64,000 bases of DNA from positions 1-64,000 of IMG/VR virus record IMGVR_UViG_3300033149_002975; one strand, 5' to 3'. The position numbers were made by a program, and so were the translations under genes. Origin of the DNA: a virus. Shown piece by piece: positions 39,315 to 48,670 of the stretch. The first letter of the stretch is position 1. Every line of letters starts with the position of its first letter. Below the pieces are notes generated by a model that had not been told where the DNA came from, made no database searches, and saw only the letters and a list, made by a program, of their open reading frames with translations.

Positions 39315-39923
39315 TTAACCGCCCAACAGATTTTTTGCAGCATTTATCACACCACCAACAGCATTAAATGCAGCCGATCTAATAGATCCTATTAAACTAC
39401 TCACCTCCACATAATCAACAAATAGATCAACATTCCATTTTAAAACCGAATTTTCGGAATACGATAAAGATAACGGTGGACAATTTTTGGGAAAACAACC
39501 GTGCAATACAAATTTTGCCGACTGTATACCAGATCTGTCAAATAAAAACACATAGACATCACGTTTGTAATAACTTTTTGGATAAAAATATCCATCATCA
39601 TCAACAATTAATCTTCTCCAGTCACGAAAATATTCATATACTGAATTATCCACCGGCATGATAAACGACATCGGAATTTGTTCAATATCTCTTAATCCGG
39701 AATAAAATCTTCGTTCAGATCCGTATCTGGTAACAGAAATTTCCGCTATTGAATAATCACCAAATTTGATATCCTGGCAATACTGGGATATCAAAATTCC
39801 AGGAACATCACTAACACCATCTGGAAGTATTATTTGCCAGTTATATGTACGTTGTAATGTCCATAATTTAGTTATTAGATTTCCTGCCACACCGGGCAAA
39901 TCAAACCCTAATTTCTGAGGCAT
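39315..39923 (-). CDS. Second tail-tube-fold protein (gp19/gp54-like)
   Basis: YFRDWR, YKRDV, GCFP...LSY. Confidence 0.65.
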   Translation of the reverse strand: MPQKLGFDLPGVAGNLITKLWTLQRTYNWQIILPDGVSDVPGILISQYCQDIKFGDYSIAEISVTRYGSERRFYSGLRDIEQIPMSFIMPVDNSVYEYFRDWRRLIVDDDGYFYPKSYYKRDVYVFLFDRSGIQSAKFVLHGCFPKNCPPLSLSYSENSVLKWNVDLFVDYVEVSSLIGSIRSAAFNAVGGVINAAKNLLGG

Positions 39924-40438
39924 TATTCAACCATCTCCCACCTATCATAACTAAACGTTACCGTATAAATAATACCGGCATCGTTCGCGTAGGTCAATGG
40001 AACTTCGTCTAAAAGTTCAGGGTACGCACCTATTAATTTTATTTTTTTGGTGATTTTACCCTGCATATCCAATAAATTCAAATATATATCAGATTTGATC
40101 AGGGCATCCGGGCCTCCGATATTTAACCTGTCGTGAACTATTGATTGCTTCCACTTGTAAATAGCATCAAAAACTTTTCCATCAGTTCCTTCAACAAATG
40201 TGCAAGTCCACGTCTGTGGCATCACCAATTTTCCCGGAAATTTAACGCCCGGCCCTTGCTTGTATGGAATTCGTATTGAACCAAAACTTCTTCCAGGCTG
40301 TGCAGTTGATTGACACCTGACATTTAATGCCTCCGAATCACCGCCGCCTATCGGATTGGCGAACAATACATCCCACAAAAAAACTTTTGCAAGGTTCGTT
40401 AAATTATTCTTTAAGTTATCACTGCTCATTTTAGCCAT
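39923..40438 (-). CDS. Tail tube protein (gp19-like)
   Basis: KFPGK...WTCTF, GAYP, VTFSYDRW; follows the sheath gene. Confidence 0.8.
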   Translation of the reverse strand: MAKMSSDNLKNNLTNLAKVFLWDVLFANPIGGGDSEALNVRCQSTAQPGRSFGSIRIPYKQGPGVKFPGKLVMPQTWTCTFVEGTDGKVFDAIYKWKQSIVHDRLNIGGPDALIKSDIYLNLLDMQGKITKKIKLIGAYPELLDEVPLTYANDAGIIYTVTFSYDRWEMVE

Positions 40439-40455
40439 AATTTGTCCCTTTTATA

Positions 40456-42105
40456 TTATTTACCAACACCCCTTGAAATTATTTCTTCAAATGAGGCACC
40501 ACTTGAAGTAATAACGGTTTGTAATTGAATGTATTCTGCGGCCCTTGAAGGTTTGACAAAAACATCCACCCTCAATTCATTTTGATCAATAGTTACCCCT
40601 GTGTTGTTTGTCTCATCGCAAACAACGTTGAATCCTTTATCATTACCCTCCGTTTGAAAAGCGCCCTGTGCTGACAAATCATCCAAATAACTGTTCAATA
40701 AAGCCTCGACTCTGAACCTCGTAGTTTCATCATTTGGTTCGAAAACAAATGGTCTAAGAGAAATTGCCATTGCTTTTTCAATAACTATTAACAATCTGCG
40801 GACATTTATTCTGTCAAGAGCGGATGCTTTCTTTTGTAATGTTTTCTGTCCCCAAATGGCAAAACCTTCACCAACAAATGTCTGGAGTGGGTTAATCCCA
40901 GCGGCGTATAATACGTCCCTTTCACCTTCCGTAAATATCAAATTACCATTTGGTCCGGTAATGGCCAATACATCAAGAAGTCCCCTATTTAATCCAGCCG
41001 GAGCCGTCCACGGTTTACCAGCAAAATCATTGTACGCCATTTGTGCAGCAACATAACCAGATGAAGGAACATCAACTATTATATCATTGTATACATCATA
41101 AATTTGACACCACCCGGCGGCCAAACAACCATAACTTGAATTAATGTTCATTGAATTTCTAAATATCACCATATCGGCTACAGTGTTCAATGAAGTCCAC
41201 GGAATATCCAAAACCGCAATACAATCGGCTCTTGTTTCCGCAACCGTTTTTATCTTTGATTGAACACCGGCACCCGTTTCTCCACCATTAATCAAAATTC
41301 TGACATCAACTTTGTCCGGATTGATAAATTCATCCCAACCAGCAATCAATTCAGACGGCGATATTTCAGAGCCATCAGAACCCCCATCAAAATCTAATCT
41401 TACCGGTGAATCTTCTACAACCGCCGATGCCTTCGGTAAAACAGTATCTGCCAAAGCCGAATCGGCGACCGTTATATATTTTGATACACCATTAATTTTA
41501 TCCTCAAGATATAGCTGCTTACCAAAACCATCAATCTTTTTCTTTCGTGAAACTTTCCAAGATTCAACCATTAACCAATTACCGTCGTCATCTTGCCAAT
41601 AAACATTGATTTTAAATGTATATTGATCGGTTGGAACTTCGTCGGATCCGTCTTTCACTTCGGTAATCGTTATTCCTATCCTATTATTCCAAATCCCCTG
41701 GTTGGCCCCGAAAATCTGAATAGCAATCTCAGTATCCATCCCTGAATCAGCATTAAAAGCATTGGACAATCTGCCGGTAGCGAATGCTGCGTTGTTTTCC
41801 GATGAATCAGATTTCATCACATTAACACCACCATACAACGCAGAATTGTGAACCCTTAAGCAATATAATGATTTGCCCTTTGCCAAATACGCCATTGCAG
41901 CATAATGAAAATAATGACCAGACGATGGATCCGGTTTTCCATATTCATTAATAAAATCCTGAACATTGGTCATTAACATTATATCATTGGTTGACCCTTT
42001 AGCTGAATAACCAACTAAGGCGGCAGAAGATGTTGCCACATTTGCGACAATATTTGAAACATCAGTTTCTTTTGCATAAACACCTGGCGACAAAAAAATA
42101 CTCAT
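40456..42105 (-). CDS. Contractile tail sheath protein (gp18-like)
   Basis: SPGVY..E.D, PW.APAG.NRG, WGQKT, INVRRL, FEPND. Confidence 0.92.
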   Translation of the reverse strand: MSIFLSPGVYAKETDVSNIVANVATSSAALVGYSAKGSTNDIMLMTNVQDFINEYGKPDPSSGHYFHYAAMAYLAKGKSLYCLRVHNSALYGGVNVMKSDSSENNAAFATGRLSNAFNADSGMDTEIAIQIFGANQGIWNNRIGITITEVKDGSDEVPTDQYTFKINVYWQDDDGNWLMVESWKVSRKKKIDGFGKQLYLEDKINGVSKYITVADSALADTVLPKASAVVEDSPVRLDFDGGSDGSEISPSELIAGWDEFINPDKVDVRILINGGETGAGVQSKIKTVAETRADCIAVLDIPWTSLNTVADMVIFRNSMNINSSYGCLAAGWCQIYDVYNDIIVDVPSSGYVAAQMAYNDFAGKPWTAPAGLNRGLLDVLAITGPNGNLIFTEGERDVLYAAGINPLQTFVGEGFAIWGQKTLQKKASALDRINVRRLLIVIEKAMAISLRPFVFEPNDETTRFRVEALLNSYLDDLSAQGAFQTEGNDKGFNVVCDETNNTGVTIDQNELRVDVFVKPSRAAEYIQLQTVITSSGASFEEIISRGVGK

Positions 42106-42142
42106 ATCATTTCTCCTTTATTTTAGGTTTAAATCTATTTTA

Positions 42143-42487
42143 TCAAACACGAATTTTATAACCTAAGCTTTCAATAAATGCTTCTATAACCATATCCATC
42201 AAATTGTCCTCAATACCCGCTTTTTCATCGTCATCTGCTATTTCTGTAATTTCCGGCAATAATTCATATAAATGCTCGTTTAAAGCGGGCACAACGTGTT
42301 CATACCAGTTATCTTCGGCTGCCGTCCCAGAAAAGATACTGTCACCCTTTTTATTTAGGATTTTCTTTAGTTTCTTTTTTAATTCATCAATATTATATTT
42401 AATTTTTTCTTCTTTCAATTCTTTTCTTTTAACCAATTCTATTGGTTGATCCCATATAAATTGTAACATTCTTTCAAAAGTATTCAT
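42143..42487 (-). CDS. Hypothetical protein, candidate internal head protein
   Basis: N-terminus MNTFERMLQF nearly identical to that of 44167-44982. Confidence 0.55.
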   Translation of the reverse strand: MNTFERMLQFIWDQPIELVKRKELKEEKIKYNIDELKKKLKKILNKKGDSIFSGTAAEDNWYEHVVPALNEHLYELLPEITEIADDDEKAGIEDNLMDMVIEAFIESLGYKIRV

Positions 42488-42491
42488 TATT

Positions 42492-43427
42492 TTATGCCTC
42501 CATCTTTTTTATATTTCCATCCACAGTATCATCAACCAAATCTTCAATTAATTTTATTTCCGTATCGCCGTCAACAACCGATACTGAAAATATCGTATAC
42601 GAACCATCATTATTGGTCGATCCTTCAATAAATATTGTTTCGCCAACTTCAAAATCGCTGGATCTATCATCCGATATAGTTATCGTATTGTCAATCAAAT
42701 TAACAGCAGAAATTCCGTATAATGAGATTTTTTCCATCCTTAATTTCTGTTCCAATTCCGTGTCTTGTGATGAATCTTCAACCACTATTGATGAATAATC
42801 AGTTACGTAATCTTTATCATATAATGTCATTCGTATTTTATTGATAATCCCAATATTATCATCACTCTTTAAAACCCACGCGTCCAATTTTATTGGCATT
42901 CTATAAACAAAATACCTGCCTTTGTTATATTCAACTGGAACTGTAGATTCATCAACAATTTCCCCAAAATGCAACCACGGTTGTAACACGTACAAATCAT
43001 TATACGTTATTTCCAAAGCCGGTGTTTCGTGTTGCCATAGTATGTAATTTTCAATTATTTGGTAGGCTTTATCCAAATTTTTTGTCCAAAACCACGCATT
43101 ATAACGAATATCTATTGGTTGTGCTTTTACTCTTCTAGGTAAACCATTATCTCTTGGAACAATCAAACCTTTTCTAGCTAATGGGGTTCTCTGTCTTTCC
43201 CAAGACGGTGATGCGCCGACTCTATAAAAATTTATAAATTCTAAAGAATCATATCCACGTTTTTCAGAAATTGTTCTCAACGCCACATCTTTATGAATTT
43301 GTATAACACTTTTATTTATTTTATCGGAAACCTCCAATGCGTCACCAAATTCCAACTTGCTGTGCCATTTTGCAAAAAGCAAAGTTTTCATTGCATCATC
43401 ATAACTTTTTATAAAAGAGACCGACAT
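42492..43427 (-). CDS. Putative tail terminator/sheath stabilizer (gp15-like) with an extra C-terminal beta domain
   Basis: PIDIRY..WFW; position between neck and sheath. Confidence 0.5.
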   Translation of the reverse strand: MSVSFIKSYDDAMKTLLFAKWHSKLEFGDALEVSDKINKSVIQIHKDVALRTISEKRGYDSLEFINFYRVGASPSWERQRTPLARKGLIVPRDNGLPRRVKAQPIDIRYNAWFWTKNLDKAYQIIENYILWQHETPALEITYNDLYVLQPWLHFGEIVDESTVPVEYNKGRYFVYRMPIKLDAWVLKSDDNIGIINKIRMTLYDKDYVTDYSSIVVEDSSQDTELEQKLRMEKISLYGISAVNLIDNTITISDDRSSDFEVGETIFIEGSTNNDGSYTIFSVSVVDGDTEIKLIEDLVDDTVDGNIKKMEA

Positions 43428-43685
43428 TTATTTCGCTTTCTTCTTATTATTCTTTTTTCCATTTCCCAAATCATATAACAATTGTGTAAATTTTGATATT
43501 ACTTCATCCTGTAATGCTGCTCCATCCAATTTCTTCTTTGTCCACGATTCTGCAAATCCTTCCGGGCCAACAGCAAATATTTTAAATCTGGATAAATTGT
43601 TCTTGGCTTTACAATAATCTTCAAACAACCGCTTTGCTATTATTGTAGTAGACATATCACGGTAAAAATAATTCTCGTTAATCAT
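43428..43685 (-). CDS. Hypothetical protein
   Basis: Coupled ORF. Confidence 0.5.
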   Translation of the reverse strand: MINENYFYRDMSTTIIAKRLFEDYCKAKNNLSRFKIFAVGPEGFAESWTKKKLDGAALQDEVISKFTQLLYDLGNGKKNNKKKAK

Positions 43686-44167
43686 AATTTAATCCTTCTA
43701 GGTGCAATAGAAAAACATCTCACAATTTCCATATCCTGCATACCTTTTAATGAAAGGTTTACAATTTCGAATTCTGATGTTTTCTCAATACCTTCTGGAA
43801 CTGTTTCTATATCAATTTTAAAATATGATTGTTTACAAATAGATACGTCAACTTCCGATCCAGCATCCGATCCCTCTAAAGCTATGGCCTTTGTTCCAAA
43901 CCAAGCAATAATCGGTAAATTATCTTCTACGTATAATCCAAGTTTCTTTAAACGATAAGCGGTTGGTTGCCACTCAATAAAAACCAAAGCCTGATAACTT
44001 ATATATTGAATATCAGATGGTGTTGCAAAAATATCAGATTTTTCAGCTTCATTGTACGATGCCACAGTTGGTATATATAGTATACAATCCTGCCCATAAT
44101 TCGTCAGTGAAACATTTACTTGGGTACGTAAGGCGTCAACTAATTCTTTTGGCAGCATTCTGGACAT
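43682..44167 (-). CDS. Putative head closure/neck protein (gp14-like)
   Basis: YGQDCILYIP, LKKLG; position. Confidence 0.5.
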   Translation of the reverse strand: MSRMLPKELVDALRTQVNVSLTNYGQDCILYIPTVASYNEAEKSDIFATPSDIQYISYQALVFIEWQPTAYRLKKLGLYVEDNLPIIAWFGTKAIALEGSDAGSEVDVSICKQSYFKIDIETVPEGIEKTSEFEIVNLSLKGMQDMEIVRCFSIAPRRIKL

Positions 44168-44982
44168 TATTTTTCATTCTCTTCATATTCAACATTAAAC
44201 GCTGAATCTTCGATATCTACTTCACCGGTTGGTTCTGATTCAATCCTCTTAGCTGCATCATTCAATTTGGATACCAAATTTTTTATGGCCTCAGCTTCAG
44301 TTTTACCATATGCGAACGCCGTATATTTAGCAACTTTTCCAGGAACTTTTTCTGCTAATTCGTTAACTTTTGATTCAAATTGTCTTCCCCTCTTAAATCG
44401 CCTGTAAATTCTTTTTACGTATTCTTCATCAAAAAAATTTCTCAACATGTTTTGTGCTTCTTCATACGATATTGTATCCGTGTCTCCTAATCTATCTTCT
44501 CTTTCTTCAGGGGGTAAAGAATTCCAACCATTCATAAACCATTCAACAAAAGGCTCTTCGTAAGCAACATCCCCTCTAGTATCATCCCACCCGGATTCAT
44601 TTAATTTTTCGTTCATCGTATCGTTAACATATTTGGTTAATTGGTTAACAATATCCTCTACCGAATCACCCTCCCAATAATCTTTATCTTCAGTTGACAG
44701 ATCACCGGCATTCCAAATTGCATCCAATTGCTCGATAGTTAATGGTTTATTGGATATAAACATAACTTTTGAATCAACTTCATCTTGATCATAATCATAA
44801 ATAACTGCGTCACCACCAACTTGTTGCGTGATTTTTACTATTTCTCTACCGGAAAAACTGTCCTTCCAGTCACAGGAAATTTGTGCTACCCTTATTTTAT
44901 CCCCGGATTCATTTAATTTTTTATCCGTAGGTTCTTCCAACTTATCCTGTACAAATTTTAACATTCTTTCAAAAGCATTCAT
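44167..44982 (-). CDS. Modular hypothetical protein with KLNES/ESKVNE linkers
   Basis: Linkers separate ~100, ~75 and ~60 aa segments. Confidence 0.65.
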   Translation of the reverse strand: MNAFERMLKFVQDKLEEPTDKKLNESGDKIRVAQISCDWKDSFSGREIVKITQQVGGDAVIYDYDQDEVDSKVMFISNKPLTIEQLDAIWNAGDLSTEDKDYWEGDSVEDIVNQLTKYVNDTMNEKLNESGWDDTRGDVAYEEPFVEWFMNGWNSLPPEEREDRLGDTDTISYEEAQNMLRNFFDEEYVKRIYRRFKRGRQFESKVNELAEKVPGKVAKYTAFAYGKTEAEAIKNLVSKLNDAAKRIESEPTGEVDIEDSAFNVEYEENEK

Positions 44983-45929
44983 TATTTTATACCTCCTACA
45001 ATTTTTTTGGTTTTTTCAACATCTTTCGGGCTTAATTCCCCATCTTCTAATAGATCTTTTAACTCTTTTATAATACGTAAATATTGATAACGAACAATAA
45101 ATTTAAATGTTGCGTTTTTATTCTTCCAAATTTTCTTTAAATTTTCATCCCCCATAGCTTGTTCTTTTGATTGTGGTTGTGAAGCCGACCGGCGGGTTTT
45201 TATTAAATCTGACCTTTTTTTATACAACATTTCTATATCATTTTCTATCTCTTTCAATTTTCCTTCCAATTTGGTAAGAAACGATTTTTTTAAATCTTTG
45301 GGCATTTTAGCTATTGCTTGTTTTATCGTTTCATAATCTATGATGTCACGTTTCAACTCCCCCATTTGCAAATCAACACCCTTTACTTCTTTTCTAATTT
45401 CATCAAAAATTTCTGAATAATCTTCATATGGGTCATAATCCTCCGGAACTATCTTTGGTCCTTTTAACCAATTGTCAGACATTATATTATAACAAGCATC
45501 GGCCAAATATTCCTGGTTTATATTTGATTGTATATAAACTTCAATTGGATATTTTCCAAAATAACCATTGATTTTGTCTCGATTATCAGAAAACCAGTCA
45601 AGTACAGCTTTTGAAAATTGTTCATCCTCATAGTATTTGGAATCCGTTGGTATCACTATATGAACATCAATATCTGAATCCTCACTGTATTGATTGGTAC
45701 ATATTGATCCTGTAATGTGAATCATTTTTTCTGAATCTTCACCGGTAGCCGCCATATCAATCAAATCAACATCTTTGTATTTTCCCAAAACATTTAAAAT
45801 TTTACGCCTTACCAAAGGCTTAAGTGTATATTTACCATTTTTAAAATCCCAAATGGATTTATTTAGAGTTTCACCCCTTGGAAAATCAATTGAAGATTCG
45901 ATGATTCTTTTATATAATTGTCCAAACAT
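44982..45929 (-). CDS. Pol-beta superfamily nucleotidyltransferase
   Basis: ITGSI.TNQY..DSDIDVHI...PIEVYIQ, then a helical C-terminal domain. Confidence 0.75.
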   Translation of the reverse strand: MFGQLYKRIIESSIDFPRGETLNKSIWDFKNGKYTLKPLVRRKILNVLGKYKDVDLIDMAATGEDSEKMIHITGSICTNQYSEDSDIDVHIVIPTDSKYYEDEQFSKAVLDWFSDNRDKINGYFGKYPIEVYIQSNINQEYLADACYNIMSDNWLKGPKIVPEDYDPYEDYSEIFDEIRKEVKGVDLQMGELKRDIIDYETIKQAIAKMPKDLKKSFLTKLEGKLKEIENDIEMLYKKRSDLIKTRRSASQPQSKEQAMGDENLKKIWKNKNATFKFIVRYQYLRIIKELKDLLEDGELSPKDVEKTKKIVGGIK

Positions 45930-45936
45930 TATTTTT

Positions 45937-48219
45937 CTATTCTTTCCTATCTCCAACTGTCCGCCAAAATAGGTTTTCATCAAATCTTGGGTTGTCCTCT
46001 TTAAACATCCTGACCAAAGCTGAAGCAAAAGCTTTAACATCGTCATTCAATGGTACCAGCTTTTTTAATTCTTTGGCTATCTCTTTATAATGCTTTCTTG
46101 AAAAATGGGATTCATTAACTTTTGATTCTTTCACAATTACTGCAAATTTTTGGGAATCTTCAGAATCCGGTATAACTACCCCGTTTTTCTCTCTCGCAAT
46201 TCTGTCAGCTTCTTCTCTATCAACTATCCCTTTCGCGATAACTGTTCTTGTTTCCTTTTCTTCCTCATTAACTTTGGATTCACCAACTTTTATTGTTCCT
46301 TCTCTATTTGTTTCGTCTACCCTTGCATGCTCATCCAAATAATTTTCCAAAACAATTAACTTGTCACGATCAGATGTTGCATTCCCCGTTTCATATATTG
46401 CTTGTAGTGCTTCTTCAAAAACACATTGTGGCTCTTTAGTCCATACGGGGTCCGAATCAAAATGCACGGTAACTTTGTAATAACTTTCTTTTGGTGAAAC
46501 ATTCCTTGGCAATCTGGCTTCATTAACCCCCGACATTTCAGACCCCAAATATTTTACACCATTTTCCTCAGCTAACTCTTCTCCTGTCTGATCTGCAAAA
46601 TCTTTCAATTCTTCTATCGACAGTGCGTTTTCTGTTCCAGGTTCAGCTATTTGTTGACTATCAAGTCTATGATTTCCAGCGATATAAATTTCTCTATCGG
46701 ATTTCGTGTCCACTATTCTATATCCATATTTGTCTACTACCCCATAAAGATCACCCATTTTCGCGTCTTCATTGGTTTTTCGTTCCGGGAGAATATAAGT
46801 TCCATCCAAATCTTTTATTTTTCTAGAACTAATGACACGTTTTTCCGGACTCTTCACTCTTGCCTTATTCATTGCGTCAACACGCGAATTGGCATCCAAC
46901 TCCACAACTGAACCGTCAAAAAATATAACTCTATATGTGCCGGGGTCAACGTGTACCCCAACTTCGTTCAATTCTCCGGTTATTTTCTCAACTCTTTCAC
47001 TGCCACATTCTGTACATTTAGATTCATTAGCTCTAAAAGTTTTGCAACATTCATTACAAAGATAAAGGCTTTTCCTTGTTAATGATTCACTGGTTCTAAG
47101 ACGACGGCCGGCAGTTCTTCTAGGACGGCCGGCAGTTCTTCTAGGACGGCTGGCAGTTCTTGCCCCACGTTCTGTATAACCACACGAATTACAAACCCAC
47201 GAACCACGAACTGGCGTCATTTTTTTATTGCATTTTGGGCACTTTTTTCCCGCCATTATTCTTTTGCCAACACCAAACTTTTGTCTCTGATATGATCCTC
47301 TACGAGGACCAGTTCCACTTCGTTCACCACTTTTAGTAAAAGATTCACCAACCTTTTTCATGCTACGGGTACCGGTTTCACTGTGAATCTTTTTACCTTT
47401 TGTATCTACTTTTTCTTCCGCCTGGGGGTTTTCCACCATCCCCACATCTTCCGCCTTTAACCCCTTTCCCTCTCCGGGTTTTTGGGTCTGGGGAACATTG
47501 GGTTTTGTTTTATCCTTAACTTTTGCTTTTTTTGATGCCGGTGCAGCAGGTGTTGATTTGGCCTTTGAACCATCAGTAGCCACTACTCCTTCAGCAACCG
47601 TTGATTCACTAGTATCCCAAACAATATTATAAGCTGTTCCGGTTCCATCGTCATTTCGTTTGATATCTAATTCGCTAACTAGGAACCCATAGCTATCGGA
47701 CAAATAATCAGCAACGGCCGTATCATTTCCCGCCTCTTGATCATCCATTATTTCTTTTGGAACATTATCGACCTTTTTTGGTAAATTATTGGCCTCACTT
47801 GTCACAGTTTTACTACGTTTTCCTCTTAACCACCTTCGTTCGGGACCCCACAGGTGGGCACCAGGTAAAGCTTCTCTGATCTTTTTCTTTTCAGTAACTT
47901 CGGTATTGTCAAACAGTTCTCTAATTTTATTATTAATCTCTTTACTGTATGGCAATTCATTTATATCTTCCGGAACATAAATATTGGTAGTTTCTTTACC
48001 GTTGTTAAATTTTATTTCTTCTTTTATGCTGCCAGTAGCTGTTTCTACATAAACGTCAACATCTGAATCAACATCTTTGTATGCCCCAACGTATTGCCAT
48101 ATTCTATTGGCTTCTCTGATCTTTTTCTTTTCAGCTTCCCTTATTGCCCTATCGTTTTCAGCATAAGCTTTTTTCAACGATTCAAAGAGATCAAACATTC
48201 CTTGGTTCTGCATTCTCAT
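45937..48219 (-). CDS. Large modular protein (760 aa) with zinc ribbons, Arg-rich repeat and repeated linkers
   Basis: KKKIREA x2, ESKVNE x2, CPKC..CNSC, CNEC..CTEC. Confidence 0.7.
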   Translation of the reverse strand: MRMQNQGMFDLFESLKKAYAENDRAIREAEKKKIREANRIWQYVGAYKDVDSDVDVYVETATGSIKEEIKFNNGKETTNIYVPEDINELPYSKEINNKIRELFDNTEVTEKKKIREALPGAHLWGPERRWLRGKRSKTVTSEANNLPKKVDNVPKEIMDDQEAGNDTAVADYLSDSYGFLVSELDIKRNDDGTGTAYNIVWDTSESTVAEGVVATDGSKAKSTPAAPASKKAKVKDKTKPNVPQTQKPGEGKGLKAEDVGMVENPQAEEKVDTKGKKIHSETGTRSMKKVGESFTKSGERSGTGPRRGSYQRQKFGVGKRIMAGKKCPKCNKKMTPVRGSWVCNSCGYTERGARTASRPRRTAGRPRRTAGRRLRTSESLTRKSLYLCNECCKTFRANESKCTECGSERVEKITGELNEVGVHVDPGTYRVIFFDGSVVELDANSRVDAMNKARVKSPEKRVISSRKIKDLDGTYILPERKTNEDAKMGDLYGVVDKYGYRIVDTKSDREIYIAGNHRLDSQQIAEPGTENALSIEELKDFADQTGEELAEENGVKYLGSEMSGVNEARLPRNVSPKESYYKVTVHFDSDPVWTKEPQCVFEEALQAIYETGNATSDRDKLIVLENYLDEHARVDETNREGTIKVGESKVNEEEKETRTVIAKGIVDREEADRIAREKNGVVIPDSEDSQKFAVIVKESKVNESHFSRKHYKEIAKELKKLVPLNDDVKAFASALVRMFKEDNPRFDENLFWRTVGDRKE
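47103..47161. repeat. 21-bp coding tandem repeat (RTAGRPR)
   Basis: gacggccggcagttcttctag x2 plus a partial copy. Confidence 0.85.
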
Positions 48220-48224
48220 ATTAT

Positions 48225-48668
48225 TTACTCCTTTATAGAATTTGACATATCTATAATTTTTGCTTTATTGCCATTAATATCCGTCCAATTACCAGCTTGT
48301 CCTGTATTTTCCCAATCAATTAGATCCTTAACTCTGTCATAAATTGTCTTTCCCCGCGTCCACATTGCAACCTCATATTTCCCATTTACATTTATCATCG
48401 GTTTATATTCAACCGGTAAACGGGCAAAACGTGTATTTAACAATGCATGAACCACAGCCGGTGTATTTTTTTCAGACCCCAAAATCCAATTTAAAATATT
48501 GAGGGCCAATTTATCCTTGGGTAAGATACTAGCACCATTTTTTATCAAAATATCAAACAGTTTATCCACACCGGTACAAGGGGCATTCAATTTGTAATCA
48601 CCCAGAATTTGCAACAAGTTTTTATAAACCGTTAAATTTTTAGCTTCAAACAATTTATTGATGTTCAT
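48225..48668 (-). CDS. Hypothetical protein
   Basis: N-terminal KLFEA motif also present in the capsid propeptide. Confidence 0.6.
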   Translation of the reverse strand: MNINKLFEAKNLTVYKNLLQILGDYKLNAPCTGVDKLFDILIKNGASILPKDKLALNILNWILGSEKNTPAVVHALLNTRFARLPVEYKPMINVNGKYEVAMWTRGKTIYDRVKDLIDWENTGQAGNWTDINGNKAKIIDMSNSIKE

Positions 48669-48670
48669 TT

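Noticed and set aside
27251-42105. Tailocin/eCIS/T6SS interpretation of PAAR, spike, tube and sheath
   Set aside because: Capsid, prohead protease, neck and terminase genes show a complete phage
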